Below are positions 1 through 11,452 of a DNA stretch of 64,000 bases, piece after piece. Source of the stretch: Felis catus (Eukaryota); NCBI RefSeq assembly GCF_018350175.1, contig NC_058368.1, forward strand, positions 176,640,001 to 176,704,000. The letters run 5' to 3'. The notes below the pieces were generated by a model that was not told the DNA's origin, searched no databases, and saw only the letters and a list, made by a program, of their open reading frames with translations. A program made the position numbers and the translations under genes. Position 1 is the stretch's first letter. Each line of letters starts with the position of its first letter.

Positions 1-305
1 GGTCTCTGACTCCTTATTCTTGAGTCCAGACGGCTCCTGCTCCAGGAAGTCTCTTCCCCCACCACGGCTCCTCCGTGGTAAGGACATACCTCCTTAGCCC
101 CAGAAATTTACAACCTGTTCATTTTCCTTGGTCCAGCTGTGGGTGCCGTGGGGGCAGGGACCCCACCTTTTCTGCTTCTTCTAAAGCCACTGACCTATCT
201 TGGGCCTGGTGCATCAAAGGGACTCCGGTCTCAGTTACTGATCTACACCAAGGTGAAATAAACCGAACTGAACTGAATGAATCCAATCTAAGTGATTGAT
301 TCAAC
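1..305 (+). mobile_element. L2 LINE 3' end fragment
   Basis: 'tcctgctccaggaagtctcttcc', 'ggggcagggacc', and a tail 'aactgaactgaatgaatc' typical of the L2 3' terminus. Confidence 0.6.
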
Positions 306-559
306 CAGGAATTCAAGATACAGCAGCCAAAGACGTTTTTAATCATTTTGGAACATCGTGGCAACCAAGACCCTCATTTACAGATGGAGAAACTGAGGCC
401 CAGAGATAGGAAATGTCAGGGTTCAGACTACACTTTCAAACTCATTTCTCCCGATACAGGACTTTTTCTTTCTTACTTTGAGACTATGGCTGTAAGGATC
501 TGCTGTTCCTCCAAGTCTTCTGGCCGTAGGAAGACCTCAAGGCAGCATAAGGGAGCAGA

Positions 560-680
560 GAAAAGCTCAGAGAAGCAAAGTAACTCAACTAACGTCACAC
601 AGCTAGGAGGCAGTGCAGCTGGGATTGAAACCGAGACCCATTTGACCAGAGTCCCTCCATGGGCTGTAAAACACCGGTCA
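560..680 (-). mobile_element. MIR SINE fragment
   Basis: 'agctcagagaagcaaagtaactc...gtcacacagctagga...gggattgaaaccgag' is an antisense MIR core. Confidence 0.7.
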
Positions 681-949
681 TATCAAGGGGCAGGAGATTG
701 ACCTAAAATAGTCTTATTCTGAAATTCTGCCTTCAGTCTGTGTATCCTTTCCAGCTCAAGTCATGTCCAGGTACAGCTAATGGAGTGACAGACTACTCAC
801 CTGCTTGCCCATCTGTCAGTTCCCGCTCCTTAACCGTGGGGCTCAGACAACTTCAGAAGCCTCCTGGGTATGCCCGAGGCAGCCAATATTTGTCTGATGT
901 CCCAGTCAGGCTAATTTAGGCCAGAGATGCTTTTTTTCTTTTAGCTTTA

Positions 950-1490
950 AATAGATAAAGAGCTCTTACAGACAACCCAAAAGAAAACAGAGCAAAGAAC
1001 ATGAACAGGCAAGTCACAGAATAAGACACCCCAAATGGCTAATAAAAGCATGAAGACAGCATCCATTACACTAATAATTTTGTAGATGTAAATTAAAATT
1101 TCAACCAGATGTCATTGTAAAGCCATCAAATCAGCAGAGATTAAGATCAGAGCTTGCAAACTCGGAATCTGCAAAAGCAGGCAGGTCTCACAAATGGAGC
1201 AAGAGCCAGGAAAGATCACAAGGAACCAGCTTCTAGAAGGAGCAGGCCTCTGGCAGCTGTGATCATCCCCGGGAAGACCCTGGGCAGCCAGATTGCTTTA
1301 GTTGTCAACCACAGTCAGAAATCAAATTTTTATGAGGATGTGATTTTTTTTTATTGTTGGCCATTGCTTCAAAGTTAGACACAGTAAATTCTACTTTTAG
1401 AAATAATCGGATAAATGCATAAAATTGCATCTGTAAGACAATTTATAGTAGCACTAACTAGAACAGTGAAAGACCAGAATCAACTAACGT
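950..1490 (+). mobile_element. Ancient L1 (L1ME-like) ORF2/3' fragment
   Basis: 'gcaaagaacatgaacaggcaagtcacagaa...aaatggctaataaaagcatgaa' matches the L1 ORF2 C-terminal region; degenerate, no ORF. Confidence 0.7.
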
Positions 1491-1634
1491 CGAGAGAGAG
1501 AGAGGGAGAGAATCCCAAGCAGCCTTGGGACTGTCAGTCAGTGCAGAATGAATGCAGGGCTCGAACTCACAAACCGTGAGATCGTGACCTGAGCTGAAGT
1601 CAGGTGCTTGACTGACTGAGCCACCCAGGTGCCC
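1491..1634 (-). mobile_element. Can-SINE (older felid type), partial
   Basis: 'ggctcgaactcacaaaccgtgagatcgtgacctgagctgaagtc...ctgagccacccaggtgccc' is the antisense tRNA-derived head. Confidence 0.93.
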
Positions 1635-1740
1635 AAAAGAAACTATGTCTAAGTGGCCTCAATACCAGTGTTTAGAATTAACACGTGCATAGATGAGTTT
1701 TGTCAGGCCATCTACTAGTAATAAGACAAGGTGGGGGGGG

Positions 1741-1926
1741 GGGGCGCCTGGGTGGCTCAGTTGGTTAAGCCTCTGACTTTGGCTCACGTCATGATTTCAC
1801 AGTTCGTGAGTTCAAACCCCACATGGGGCTCTCTGCTGTCAGCGCGGCACCTGCTTGGGATCCTCTATTCCCCCTCTCCCTGACTGTCCCCCACTCTCTC
1901 TCAAAAATAAACATTAAATTTTTTTT
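1741..1926 (+). mobile_element. Can-SINE (older felid type)
   Basis: ggggcgcctgggtggctcag head (A box), gttcaaacc B box, CT-rich tract, aaataaacatt tail; the head merges with a G12 run. Confidence 0.95.
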
Positions 1927-2821
1927 CAAAAGATAATGTGAACAAATATCCCTTTGAGAAAAAGATTAAAATCGTCTTTAAAAAAGTCTAACTGAATCAG
2001 GTCCGTTGGGGGCGATGACGGGGACACTTCTTAATGCAACGGATGGAGTGGATAAGAAATCCTATCTCGCATTTCCTTTACCCAGTAAATGATGGGCACC
2101 TAGGCTGTTTCTATATCTTGACCATTGTGAGTGATGCTGCAGTGAACATGGGGGTGGGGTATCTCTTTGAGATAGTGATTGCATTTCCTTTGGATGTATA
2201 CCCAGAAGTGGGGTTCCTGGCTCATATAGTGGTTCTATTTTTAATTTCTTTGAAGAAACTCCACACTGCTTTCCATGGTGGCTACACCACCAACTTACAT
2301 TCCCACCAACAGCGTGCAAGCATTCCCTGTTCTCCACATCCTCACCAACACTTGTTATTCTTGTCTTTTAGGCCATGGCCACTGTAACAGGTGGGAGGTG
2401 ATAGCTCATTGTGGTTTTGATTTGTATTTCCCAGTAGTAAGCACCTTTCGCTATACCTGTTGACCCATTTGTATGTCTTCTTTGGAAAAGTTGTCTATTC
2501 GGGTCCTTTGCCCAATTTTAAAATTGCTTTTGGATTCCCACCCCCCCTTATTGAGTTGTGTGATTTCCTTACATATTAACCCCTTATCAGATACATGGTT
2601 TGCAAGCATCTTCCCTTATTCCATAGGCTGTCTTTTCAGTCTGTTGACTGTTTCCTTTCTGTGCAGAAGCGTCTAGCTTTAGCTGCCTATGCATTTCATT
2701 TCATATCCAAAAAATCATTGCCCAGACCAATGTCAACAAGCTTTTCCCTATGTTTTCTTCTACTATGTTTTCTTGTAGTGTTTCTATGGTTTCAGTTCTT
2801 TAAGTTGTCGGATTTTTTTCC

Positions 2822-3023
2822 TTTTTTTTTTTTTAGTGTTTATTTTTGAGAGAGAGACACACACACAGTATGAGCAGGGGAAGGGTAGAGAGAGAGGGAG
2901 ACACAGAATCTGAAACAGGTTCCAGGCTCTCAGCCGTCAGCACAGGGCCCAAATTCACTAGCCATGAGATCACGACCTGAGCTGAAGTCAGATGCTTAAC
3001 CAACTCAGCCACCCAGGCTCCCC
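2822..3023 (-). mobile_element. Can-SINE (SINEC_Fc type)
   Basis: poly-T, (GA)n, 'gagacacagaatctgaaacaggttccaggctctcagcc', ends 'gccacccaggctcccc'. Confidence 0.95.
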
Positions 3024-3024
3024 G

Positions 3025-3211
3025 TTTTTTAAAAATGTTTATTTTGAGGGGGGGTGAGGAGCATAAAGAGAGGGAGCAAGAGAATCTCAAGCAAGCTCCC
3101 CACTGCCAGCATGGAGCCTGATGCAGGGCTTGATTCCATGAACCGTGACATCATGACCTGAGCTGAAATCAAAAGTCAGATGCTTAACTGACTGAGCCAC
3201 CCAGGTACCCC
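3025..3211 (-). mobile_element. Can-SINE (older type), tandem with the previous copy
   Basis: ends 'ctgagccacccaggtacccc'; the pair is flanked by gttctttaagtt / gttctttaggtt. Confidence 0.93.
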
Positions 3212-4299
3212 TGGTTCTTTAGGTTTTTAAGCCATTTTGAATTGATTTTTGTAGGTGGTATAAGGGCCAAATTTCATTCTTCTGAATATGGATATCCAGT
3301 TTTCCCCCAGTACCATTTTTTGGGTTGCCTTTCCCCATTGTATGTTCATGGCACTCTTGCCAAAGATCAGTTGAATGTAGATGCGTGGATCTGTGTCTGG
3401 GCTTTTATTCCATTACTTGTTATTCTATGTACTTGATTTTAATGCCAGTGCCATACTGTTTATCAGAGTTTTGTAATATAGTTTGAAATCAAGAAGTATG
3501 GTATGTCCAGCTTTGTTCTTCTTGCTCAAGTTGCTTTGACTATCTGAGGTCTTTTGTGGTTCATATGAATTTTATAATTCTTTTTATATTTCTGTACAAA
3601 TGCCATTGGGATTTTGATAGGGATTGCATTCACTCTGTACATCACCGTGGGCAGTAGGGACACTTCAACAACATTAGATCTTTCCAATGTGAACGTGGGA
3701 TGTCTTTTACTTAACCTGTGTCTTTTTTTCATTTCCTTCATCATTGTTTTGGAGTTTTTCAGTGTATAGGTATTTCATCTTTTTGGTTAACTTTATTCCT
3801 AATCATTTTATTCTTTTTGCTGCTTTTCATTTCAGATAGTTTGTTGTTTTTATATAGAAACATGACTGATTTTTGTATGTTAGTTTTGTACCCTGCAACT
3901 TTACCAGCTTATCAGCTCTAGCAGGTTTTTCTGATTGAGTCTTTAGAGTTTTCTACATACATGGTCATGTCATCAGCAACATGAGATAATTTAACTTATT
4001 CTGTTCCTATTTGAATACATTTTATTTCTTTTTCTTGTCTGATTGCCCTGGCTAGGACTTCCAGTACTATGTTGAATAGAGGTGGTGAGAGTGAACATCC
4101 TTGCCTTATACTTGACCTTAGAGGGAAAGGTTTCAATCTTCTCCCACTGGTTATGATGTTAGCTGTGGGCTTTTAATATATGGCCTTTATTGTGTTGAGG
4201 TAAGTTCCTTCTATACTTACTCTGTTGAGGGTTTTTATCATGAATGGATGTTGAATTTTTTTCATCTGCTGAGACAATTATGTAGTTTTTATTTTCTCT

Positions 4300-5143
4300 C
4301 ATCCTGTTAGAATGGCTATTATCAAAAAAGACAAAAGATAACAGTATTGGTAAGAATGTGGAGAAAAGGAAACCCCTGTGTCCTGTTGGTTGGAATATAA
4401 AAGGGTAAAGCCATTATGGAAAACAGTATGGAGCTTCCTAAAAGAATTAAACATAGAAGGACCTTATGATGCAGCAATCCTACTTCTGGGTATATATCTG
4501 AAGGAAATAAAATCAATATCTAATAGAGATCTAGGCACCCATCATGGTAGCATTATTCACAACAGCGAAGATGTGGAAACAACCTAAATGTCCATCAATG
4601 GATGAATGGATAAAGTACGATATATATTTATAGCCTGGAATATTAGCCTTTACAAAGAGGGAAATCTTGCCATTTGCAACAACATGGATGAACTTGGAGG
4701 ATGTAATGCTAAGTGAAATAAGCCAGCCCGAAAGACTAATACTACATGATCTCGCTCATATGTGAAATCTAAAATTGTCCAACTCGTGGAAGCAGAGAGT
4801 AGAATGCGGTTGCCAGGGGATGGAGGGAGTAGAAATGAGAAGGTGTTGGTCAAGGGGTATAAAGTTTCAAGTATGCAGAGTAGGTAAGTGCAGGAGAGAG
4901 AACGTGCAACATGGTGACTATAGTTAATGATAGCATATAGTTGAAATTTGCTATGAGCAGGTCTTAAGCAGAGATCACACCAGAAGATACCTATGTGAGA
5001 AAATGAATATGTTAACTAGATTGTAGCGATTATTGCACAATGTATGTCTATCAAAATCATCAAGCTGTAAATTAACTATCCAATATTTATTTGTAATTAT
5101 ACCTCAGTCAAGATGAAGGAAAAAAAAAACAAAAAACAAAAAA
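4300..5143 (+). mobile_element. L1 (L1MA9-like) sense 3' end with A-rich tail
   Basis: 'cctgttagaatggctattatcaaaaaagac', 'aatgctaagtgaaataagccag', 'catggtgactatagttaat...gaaatttgcta', A tail 5120-5143. Confidence 0.92.
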
Positions 5144-5209
5144 CCTCCAAAGGGCCACACCCTTTGAACAAGCCATCACACCTCCAGGATATGCATACAA
5201 AACAGTCAT

Positions 5210-5856
5210 GAGATGACTCTCATTATTCACAGTAGTTGATGTTCTATGAAGTCTCCATGAACACTGGGTTAGTGAATGCTGAACCAGTCCTCCTAGGGGA
5301 AACGCAGGGCTAAGGGTCCTGGGAGCCTCTGGTCACAGTATTTTTTAAGACCCATTAATACATAACCTTACTTTATGGATGTTTCTGTTTAAAGACACCT
5401 TATTTAATGTATGTTGCTAATTCATCAACTTCGAGCACGCGGCTGACTGCACTTTAATTCATTCCCGAACGAAGCTTATCCAACATGTGTATTTTCTCCA
5501 TAAGGCACATCCCAGCCTCCTTGCACTTTGGAGCCGTAGACGGCACTCCAGCACCGTGCTGAGGGGCCATTTCAGACAGCAAAAGCGCAAACAAAAAGCA
5601 TAAAAAGGTGGAAAACTTGGCACGAAATAAACCTCAAACACGACACCTGTTCATAGGCTAAGAGCCGAAACAGGACAGCAGTGTCACTTTGGCCTCAGCT
5701 GGGAACATGTGTGTCCAGCGGCTAACATTTTTTTGCGGCTCCATGCGTGTCCTCGGACCATGCAAGTGCCACGGCCTAGATTTTGAGGTTAGAAGTAAAT
5801 GTCAGTGAGCAGGTGAATTCGAAAATACGGGATCTGTGAATAATAAGGATCAGTTG
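5210..5856. mobile_element. MER82 (TcMar-Tigger non-autonomous DNA transposon), near full length
   Basis: Inverted ends 'gatgactctcattattcac' / 'gtgaataataaggatcagttg' followed by TA; about 650 bp; interior matches the recalled MER82 consensus ('cctaggggaaa', 'gagcctctggtcaca', 'gaacgaagcttatc'). Confidence 0.85.
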
Positions 5857-5942
5857 TACGTCAAAAGGATGTTGATGGCAACATTGTAATAACAAAATCG
5901 CTGGATGTGACCTAAATACTACTTGGTAGAGATTGGTTAGGC

Positions 5943-6145
5943 CAAAGGTTCTCAACCTCACCACTACTGGCCTTCAGGAACAGAAAATGCTCCGTCACGA
6001 TGGGGGAGGGGGTGCTGTTCCCGTGCATTGCGAGATATTTGGCGACATCCCTGACGTTTACTCAGTAGTTGCCAGTGGGAGTACCCCACTCCCTCCACGT
6101 TGTGACAACTTGGCACTGTCCCCAGACGCTGCCAAATGACCACCT
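5943..6145 (-). mobile_element. MER20 (hAT-Charlie)
   Basis: 'ggttctcaacctc...catccctgac...gttgtgacaac...ccagacgctgccaaatg'. Confidence 0.85.
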
Positions 6146-7069
6146 CCAGGTTACATACAATAAGAGGCAGCCACACAATGATATGCTGTGTGGCCTTTAA
6201 CAAAGATGGTGTATTAAACGCCTTGGGAAAACTTCCATGACATTTCTGAGTGGAGAAAAAAAAAAAAGAAGACAGGTGCCAACTGGACGTATACTAAAAT
6301 TGCGTTTTTACATCTGTGTGTGTTCGGATGCACACACACGTAGAGGAAAGAATGAGGGAGGAAGAGTGAACAATGTTCTGTTTTTCTGCTGGACAAGCAT
6401 GTTTGAAGCCTTTGCATCCATAGAGTCTTGAGCCTGAATTTCAGCGTCGACTGGAGACACAGATCTGAGGCCCATGGGGACGTGCTGCCCTAGACTGAGG
6501 CTCCTGTCAAGGGTGGTTTGGGATCTGGAGTCAAGGCCTCACCTCCTCCTGGCAGCTGTCAATTAGCCCTTAGCCTGGCACCTAGGTCCCCTCTGTCCTG
6601 ACCCGCTCCCTACCCTCTCCCTCAAACCTTCAACCTGCCCCCCCCCCGCTGCACGCCCTCAGTCAGGGGGTTCCTGATTCCTGCTTAGCTGCGACCCTGG
6701 CCTTCTGCTCAGCTGGGACCAGTGCCCTCCCCTGGGGGACAGGATCCTGGCCCATACTGCCAGCCCCTAATTGGGGTTACCCTCAATAGGTGAGAAGCCC
6801 CGACATCGTGCCATGCTCCCTCGCCTCCCAAGCCGGGCCCTGCCCCCGAGGCCGGATGCCCTTGTTTATCTAGACAGTTGCCCAGCATAGCACAGCTCCT
6901 CAGGACCATCTCTGGGGCTTGTGTCTGAGTCAGTCCAGCTGCAACCCCAGAGAACAGAGCTGGCAGCTGACTAGCTGTCCCACCTGTCCCCTCATGTGTC
7001 AACACCTTCCCTCTGCTCCCCCTGTGTGGTGAGCTCCGGAGCTCCACAAACCTGCCTCGGGCGCGTATC

Positions 7070-7200
7070 ACCCGTGTGGCTTTGGGCAACTTACTGGGCC
7101 TCATCTTCCTCATCTGTAAAATGGGTTCCTCTCAAAGCCACGAGGAGGATTAGCTGAGCTAATAAGTGTGAAGCCCATAGTAGGCCCTCAATCAGTAGCG
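7070..7200 (+). mobile_element. MIR SINE
   Basis: 'tgtggctttgggcaacttac...ttcctcatctgtaaaatggg'. Confidence 0.8.
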
Positions 7201-7202
7201 GC

Positions 7203-7357
7203 TTATAGGGTTTCCATTTGGCATTACGAAAAGCTCCGGGACTAGACGGTGGTGATGGTCGCACAACACTGCACGTGGACTTATTGCCGCTGAATTGCAT
7301 GCTTTAAAATGGTTAAACGGCAATTTTTTTGTTGTTTTGCATATTTTACCACAATCA
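7203..7357 (+). mobile_element. L1MB-type 3' terminal fragment
   Basis: 'ggtggtgatggtcgcacaacact...ctttaaaatggttaaa...atattttaccacaat'. Confidence 0.8.
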
Positions 7358-8989
7358 ATCCGTCAACGTCCCTAGTTCTTTGCGCGCTGGCCTGTCCAGG
7401 TTTAATATTTGCCTTCGTCTCCTCTTCCACCTTAGAACACTACCCTGACCTTGGAGCTGACTAAGACATCTTGTTTTTTCCTCTTCCTGGAAGGCCCAGC
7501 CCCCCAGAGGCCTTCCACAGGGCAGTCCGGCAAGGGGATGCAGCGGAGGAGGCCTGCTGGCCGTCCAACCATACTTCAAACCCCGTGGCTACAATTGGCA
7601 GCCTGAGAGGGAAGGACCCCACCCAGCGCAGGAGTTTGGAACGAATCCTTTGTTTCTCTGGGGTGGTGCTTGTCAGCAGCCGGGGGTCCCTCTCGGGGCC
7701 TGTAGCTAAGCCTGGTCTGGTGAACTCCATTCAATCCCGCCCTGGAGCCTCCCCCATCCACAAACGAGCCCCTCAGGACAACCTGCCTAAACCAAGCTCC
7801 TCATTCGTCACTTCCCCCGCCCTGACGGCCTCTTCCTTTGTCCCAGATTCCTACACCCAGGAGCGGCACTGTCCTTTCAGCTGGCCAAGCCAGAAACCCG
7901 GAGCTCACAGCCCTCCTTATGAGCCCACCCGGATACCTGGCACCCCAGACCTCTCTGCCACCCTTCCAGGGCCTACACGGACGGCCCGCGTCCATCCTCC
8001 CGAGGGTGGACGGTCCCGTTGGCGGGTGTGTGCACTTCCAAGCCTAAGAGGTAGGCAAGGGCAGGTGTTTGTGGCGGGGTGGGACGTCGGAAGAACTACG
8101 TAGGGGGACAGATCGAGGGGTGCCAGGAGAAGAGGGACAGACCCTGGGCCGCAGCCTGCTTAAGGGACAGGGGTGAGCCTGCTTGCAGCACCCTGAGGAG
8201 TGGGTGTTTCCTCCGTTCCCGGCTTCCTGAGCGGAAGGCAGAGCCTGATCCCGGTCTCCCAGCTTCCGAAGGGCAGCTTTATGTCAGGTCCTAAGTGTTT
8301 AATCCTGTGTTTTCAGTACACCCCCCCCCCCCCACCACCACTTAGCTCTCTGCTTTCCTGTGGCCAAGGGCCGGGCTTATCACCAGTGGGGCCTGAGGCT
8401 TAGCCTGATGCCCCCTGGGAGGTCTCCTGGCAAGAAAAAGAAAGGATGGCGGGAGATCCCCACTGGGCGGCTGTGGGCTGGGTCTCCCTGGCTCCCCCAC
8501 CGAAGGCCCAGCTCACACCTCAGCTTCCTCCAAAGACTTAGGGAGCTGCTGTTGATCCTCTAGGCCTGACTCTGCCTTCTCCACCCCTGCTTCCCCTCTT
8601 CCCCCTGCCCCCTTTCTCCCTGGCCGAGGTCCCGGCCCGCCTTTCCCATCCCTCCTCCACCCTGCAGCCGGAATGAACTCTCAAAAGCACAGGCTGCCTC
8701 CCCGCTGACACATTTTCAGGGGCTCCCTGTTGCTCTCCGGACAAGGCCCAGCTGACCTCTCCCTGCCACGCCCCGCCCTTCAGGCCACACCACAGCCAAC
8801 AGCACATCTTTTCCCTCCTGCGACGAGTCGGTCAGGCTTTTACGTCCTCGCATCTACCATATCCTCCACTGCTTCTTTGCCTGGCCAGTTCTCCCTCGGG
8901 CACGTCCCTCAAGACGTGCAAGGTGAATCCTAATAGCACCCCTGACATCATAGCGCCTAAAAGCTCCGTTGAAAGAGGCAACTTCAAGT

Positions 8990-9190
8990 ATCAGCGTGTC
9001 AGATAGGCCTGGGTGCAAAACCCAGGTGGACTGGTCACTGGCTGTGTGGACCTGAGGCAAGGTAGTCAACCCCACGGAATTAATTTCTTCATCTCTGAGG
9101 CGGGCCAATAATACTGACCTCACAGGGTGGTCATGAGGTTCACGGTAACATGAGAGGCGTGTGGACCTGCCCGGCTGCTGCGCTGACCCC
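8990..9190 (+). mobile_element. MIR SINE
   Basis: 'gtcagataggcctggg...ggctgtgtggacctgaggcaag...aataatactgacctcacagggtggtcatgagg'. Confidence 0.75.
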
Positions 9191-9534
9191 ACAAACTCTA
9201 CAGCTGCAGCTGTGACCATGTCATTATTATTTTCTGCATCCGGAAGGAAACGTAGGCAGTAGATTCCCAGCTGTAACAGGGCAGGTCTAATCCAGGACAC
9301 GACAAACAGTGATTAGGACAGGCACCGTCAGACGAAATGAGCACGTCCCCACGGTGCCTGCGGGACAACTACGTTTTTGCAAAACCGGTAACGTGTTTTT
9401 GATGGAGGGAAGAACATCTCGAAGCAGACGGCCCAGGATGTCAGATGCGATGCAGATTTTTAATGATGTTATCTATTTATTTATCACTTACCTATATTTC
9501 CTTTTTTTTTTTTTTTTTTTTCCTGTAATGAGCG

Positions 9535-9968
9535 CTGTGGGTTGGCTTGATATGTTGGCATCCTAACCCCTTGGTACCTGGTATTGCGATCTTATTTGGA
9601 AACAATGATCTTTTCAGAAGGAACCGAGTTAAGATGAGGTCGTGTTCGCTTAGGGTGAGGCCTAATCCAATGTGACTGGTGTCCTTATAAGAAGAAAGAA
9701 GACGCAGAAACGCACGCAGGAAGAATGCCATGTGACTGGAGGCAGACGTTAGAGCAATACATTGACAAGCCGCGGAGCTCCAAGGATTGCCAGCAGCAAC
9801 AGAGGCTAAGAGAAAGGCAAGGAAGAAGGCTCTCCTAGAGCCTTCAGAGAGGGCACGGCCCTGTGGACACGTTGGCCTCAGATTTCTGGCCTCTGGGATT
9901 GTGACAGAATGAACTTTCATTGTTGTCACGCACCTGGTTTTTGGCAATTTGTTACAGCAGCTTTTGGA
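9535..9968 (+). mobile_element. MLT1C-like MaLR solo LTR
   Basis: 'gttaagatgaggtc', 'cctaatccaatgtgactggtgtccttataagaag', 'ctagagccttcagagagggcacggccctg', 'ggcaatttgttacagcagc'. Confidence 0.88.
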
Positions 9969-10010
9969 CTTGTCTTACTTGAGTATTAGAAAGGGCCGAA
10001 TGTCTTCTCT

Positions 10011-10124
10011 TTTTTTTTTAAGATTTTTTTTTAAAGTAATCTCGACCTGCAACGTGGGGCTCGAACTCATGACCCTGAGATTAAGAGTCATATGCTCCCC
10101 TGACTAAGCCAGCCAGATGCCCCC
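10011..10124 (-). mobile_element. Short ancestral Can-SINE (SINEC_old type), tRNA-Lys(CTT)-like
   Basis: Reverse complement is ggggcatctggctggcttagtcaggggagcatatgactcttaatctcagggtcatgagttcgagccccacgttg...gattactttaaaa; no CT tract. Confidence 0.88.
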
Positions 10125-11452
10125 AGGTTTTTAAAGGAGGAGAAAGAGAAGGAGTGGGAGGAGAAGGAGGAAAGGCTGAAGCTTGAAGTGAACCTGCTAA
10201 GGGCTCAGCCTAGATGTGCAGGGAGTATTTGTTGAAGGAATAAATACGTCTCCGTCATACAAAGTCGTTCTTCTCTGTGTCCCATCTGGCTTCTTGCTCC
10301 TTGTGACCCAACCACCCCTTGTCATTGGTCATCCTTCACTCTGCTTCCAGCATAATCTCCCTAAAACACAAGTCACACTGTGCCACATCCCCCTTCAAGA
10401 CTGTCAGTGGTTCCCAACTCCGTGGCCCAGCATCCAAGGCCACTGTCTATTCCAAGCCATTTTCTGGGTCCCCTCCCCTGCCCGCCCTGCACAACGACAT
10501 CCGGGGATCTTGCTGCCCTGGCCTCACCACTCCGGCACTGTCACACCCCTGTGCCACCCAGCTAGCCCTCTCCACCTCTCCAAGCACCAACACTGCTCAG
10601 GCCTCTCAGGGCCGGAAATGCTGGTCAGAGGGCCAGTCGAGGGCACAGCCTCATCAGCTCTCCCTCCAGGAAAAGGGAACAGAGGGGGGCTTTTCTGGAA
10701 TGTTTCCAGGCTTCTCTTTAGCTGGATAGGGACTTAGTCTCCAGCAGGGGAAGAAACAGCAGATGTCTTCTGCTCCCACGAGTGACCCTGTCAGCCTTGA
10801 AGAATCACAGGAAGCAGTTCTGGGGACCTGCTAATTAGCCACCAATTCCCTCAGGTCTGGCAGGGGACTGGGAGGGAAGGGCCTTTGGATCCCCCTTGAT
10901 TACACACTCTGGCCTCTTCTACCTTCCAAATGTCTTCTTCCTTGTCCTTCTCGAAGAGCGGGGACGACAGGGTTCCAAGCAGAGAGGGGAGGCCAGGCGA
11001 AGAGAGCCCCACGTGTCCCCCAGTTTGGGTTGGCTGTGAACAACTCTCCTCTTCCCTGACTGGCCACGTTCTTGAGCAGGATTTTCAAGACACTTTAGCT
11101 GGGTCAGGGATTGCTTGCTTCTCAGGAACCCAAAACCAGTCAGGATGATGGGAATTAGTCGAAAGCTGGGGAACAACAGGGGACACAGGACCAGGGGCCA
11201 CCAAGCTGCAGAGGCAAGTTGTCAGATACGAAGGTGGCCACTGTTTCTGTTCTCTCATCTCAGCTCACCTCTCTCAGCCCATCTGCAGCATTCTCTGATT
11301 CGCCTTGGGGATTAGCTCCCTCTGTTCTCTCCTCAGGGTCCCAAGTGGCACCTTTTGTTCCTAAACCGTACAGGGCGCCCAGGCCCAGCCAACGAATTCA
11401 TTCTCTTCATACTTGGAAGCAGGAATTTGCACCCAACAGCAAACGTGGGTGT

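Larger units (their letters stand above)
2066..4300 (-). mobile_element. L1 (L1MA9-like) antisense ORF2 3' portion, interrupted by two SINEs
   Basis: Classic antisense L1 text, e.g. 'atacccagaagtgggg', 'ttacattcccaccaacag', 'ctggctaggacttccagtactatgttgaatagaggtggtgagag'; many stops. Confidence 0.92.

Noticed and set aside
2034..4853. ORFs resembling L1 ORF2 pieces
   Set aside because: Short, frameshifted remnants; no intact reverse transcriptase or endonuclease.
10048..10121. Possible functional tRNA-Lys gene
   Set aside because: Acceptor, D and anticodon stems are disrupted and it has a SINE-type tail; called a SINE.
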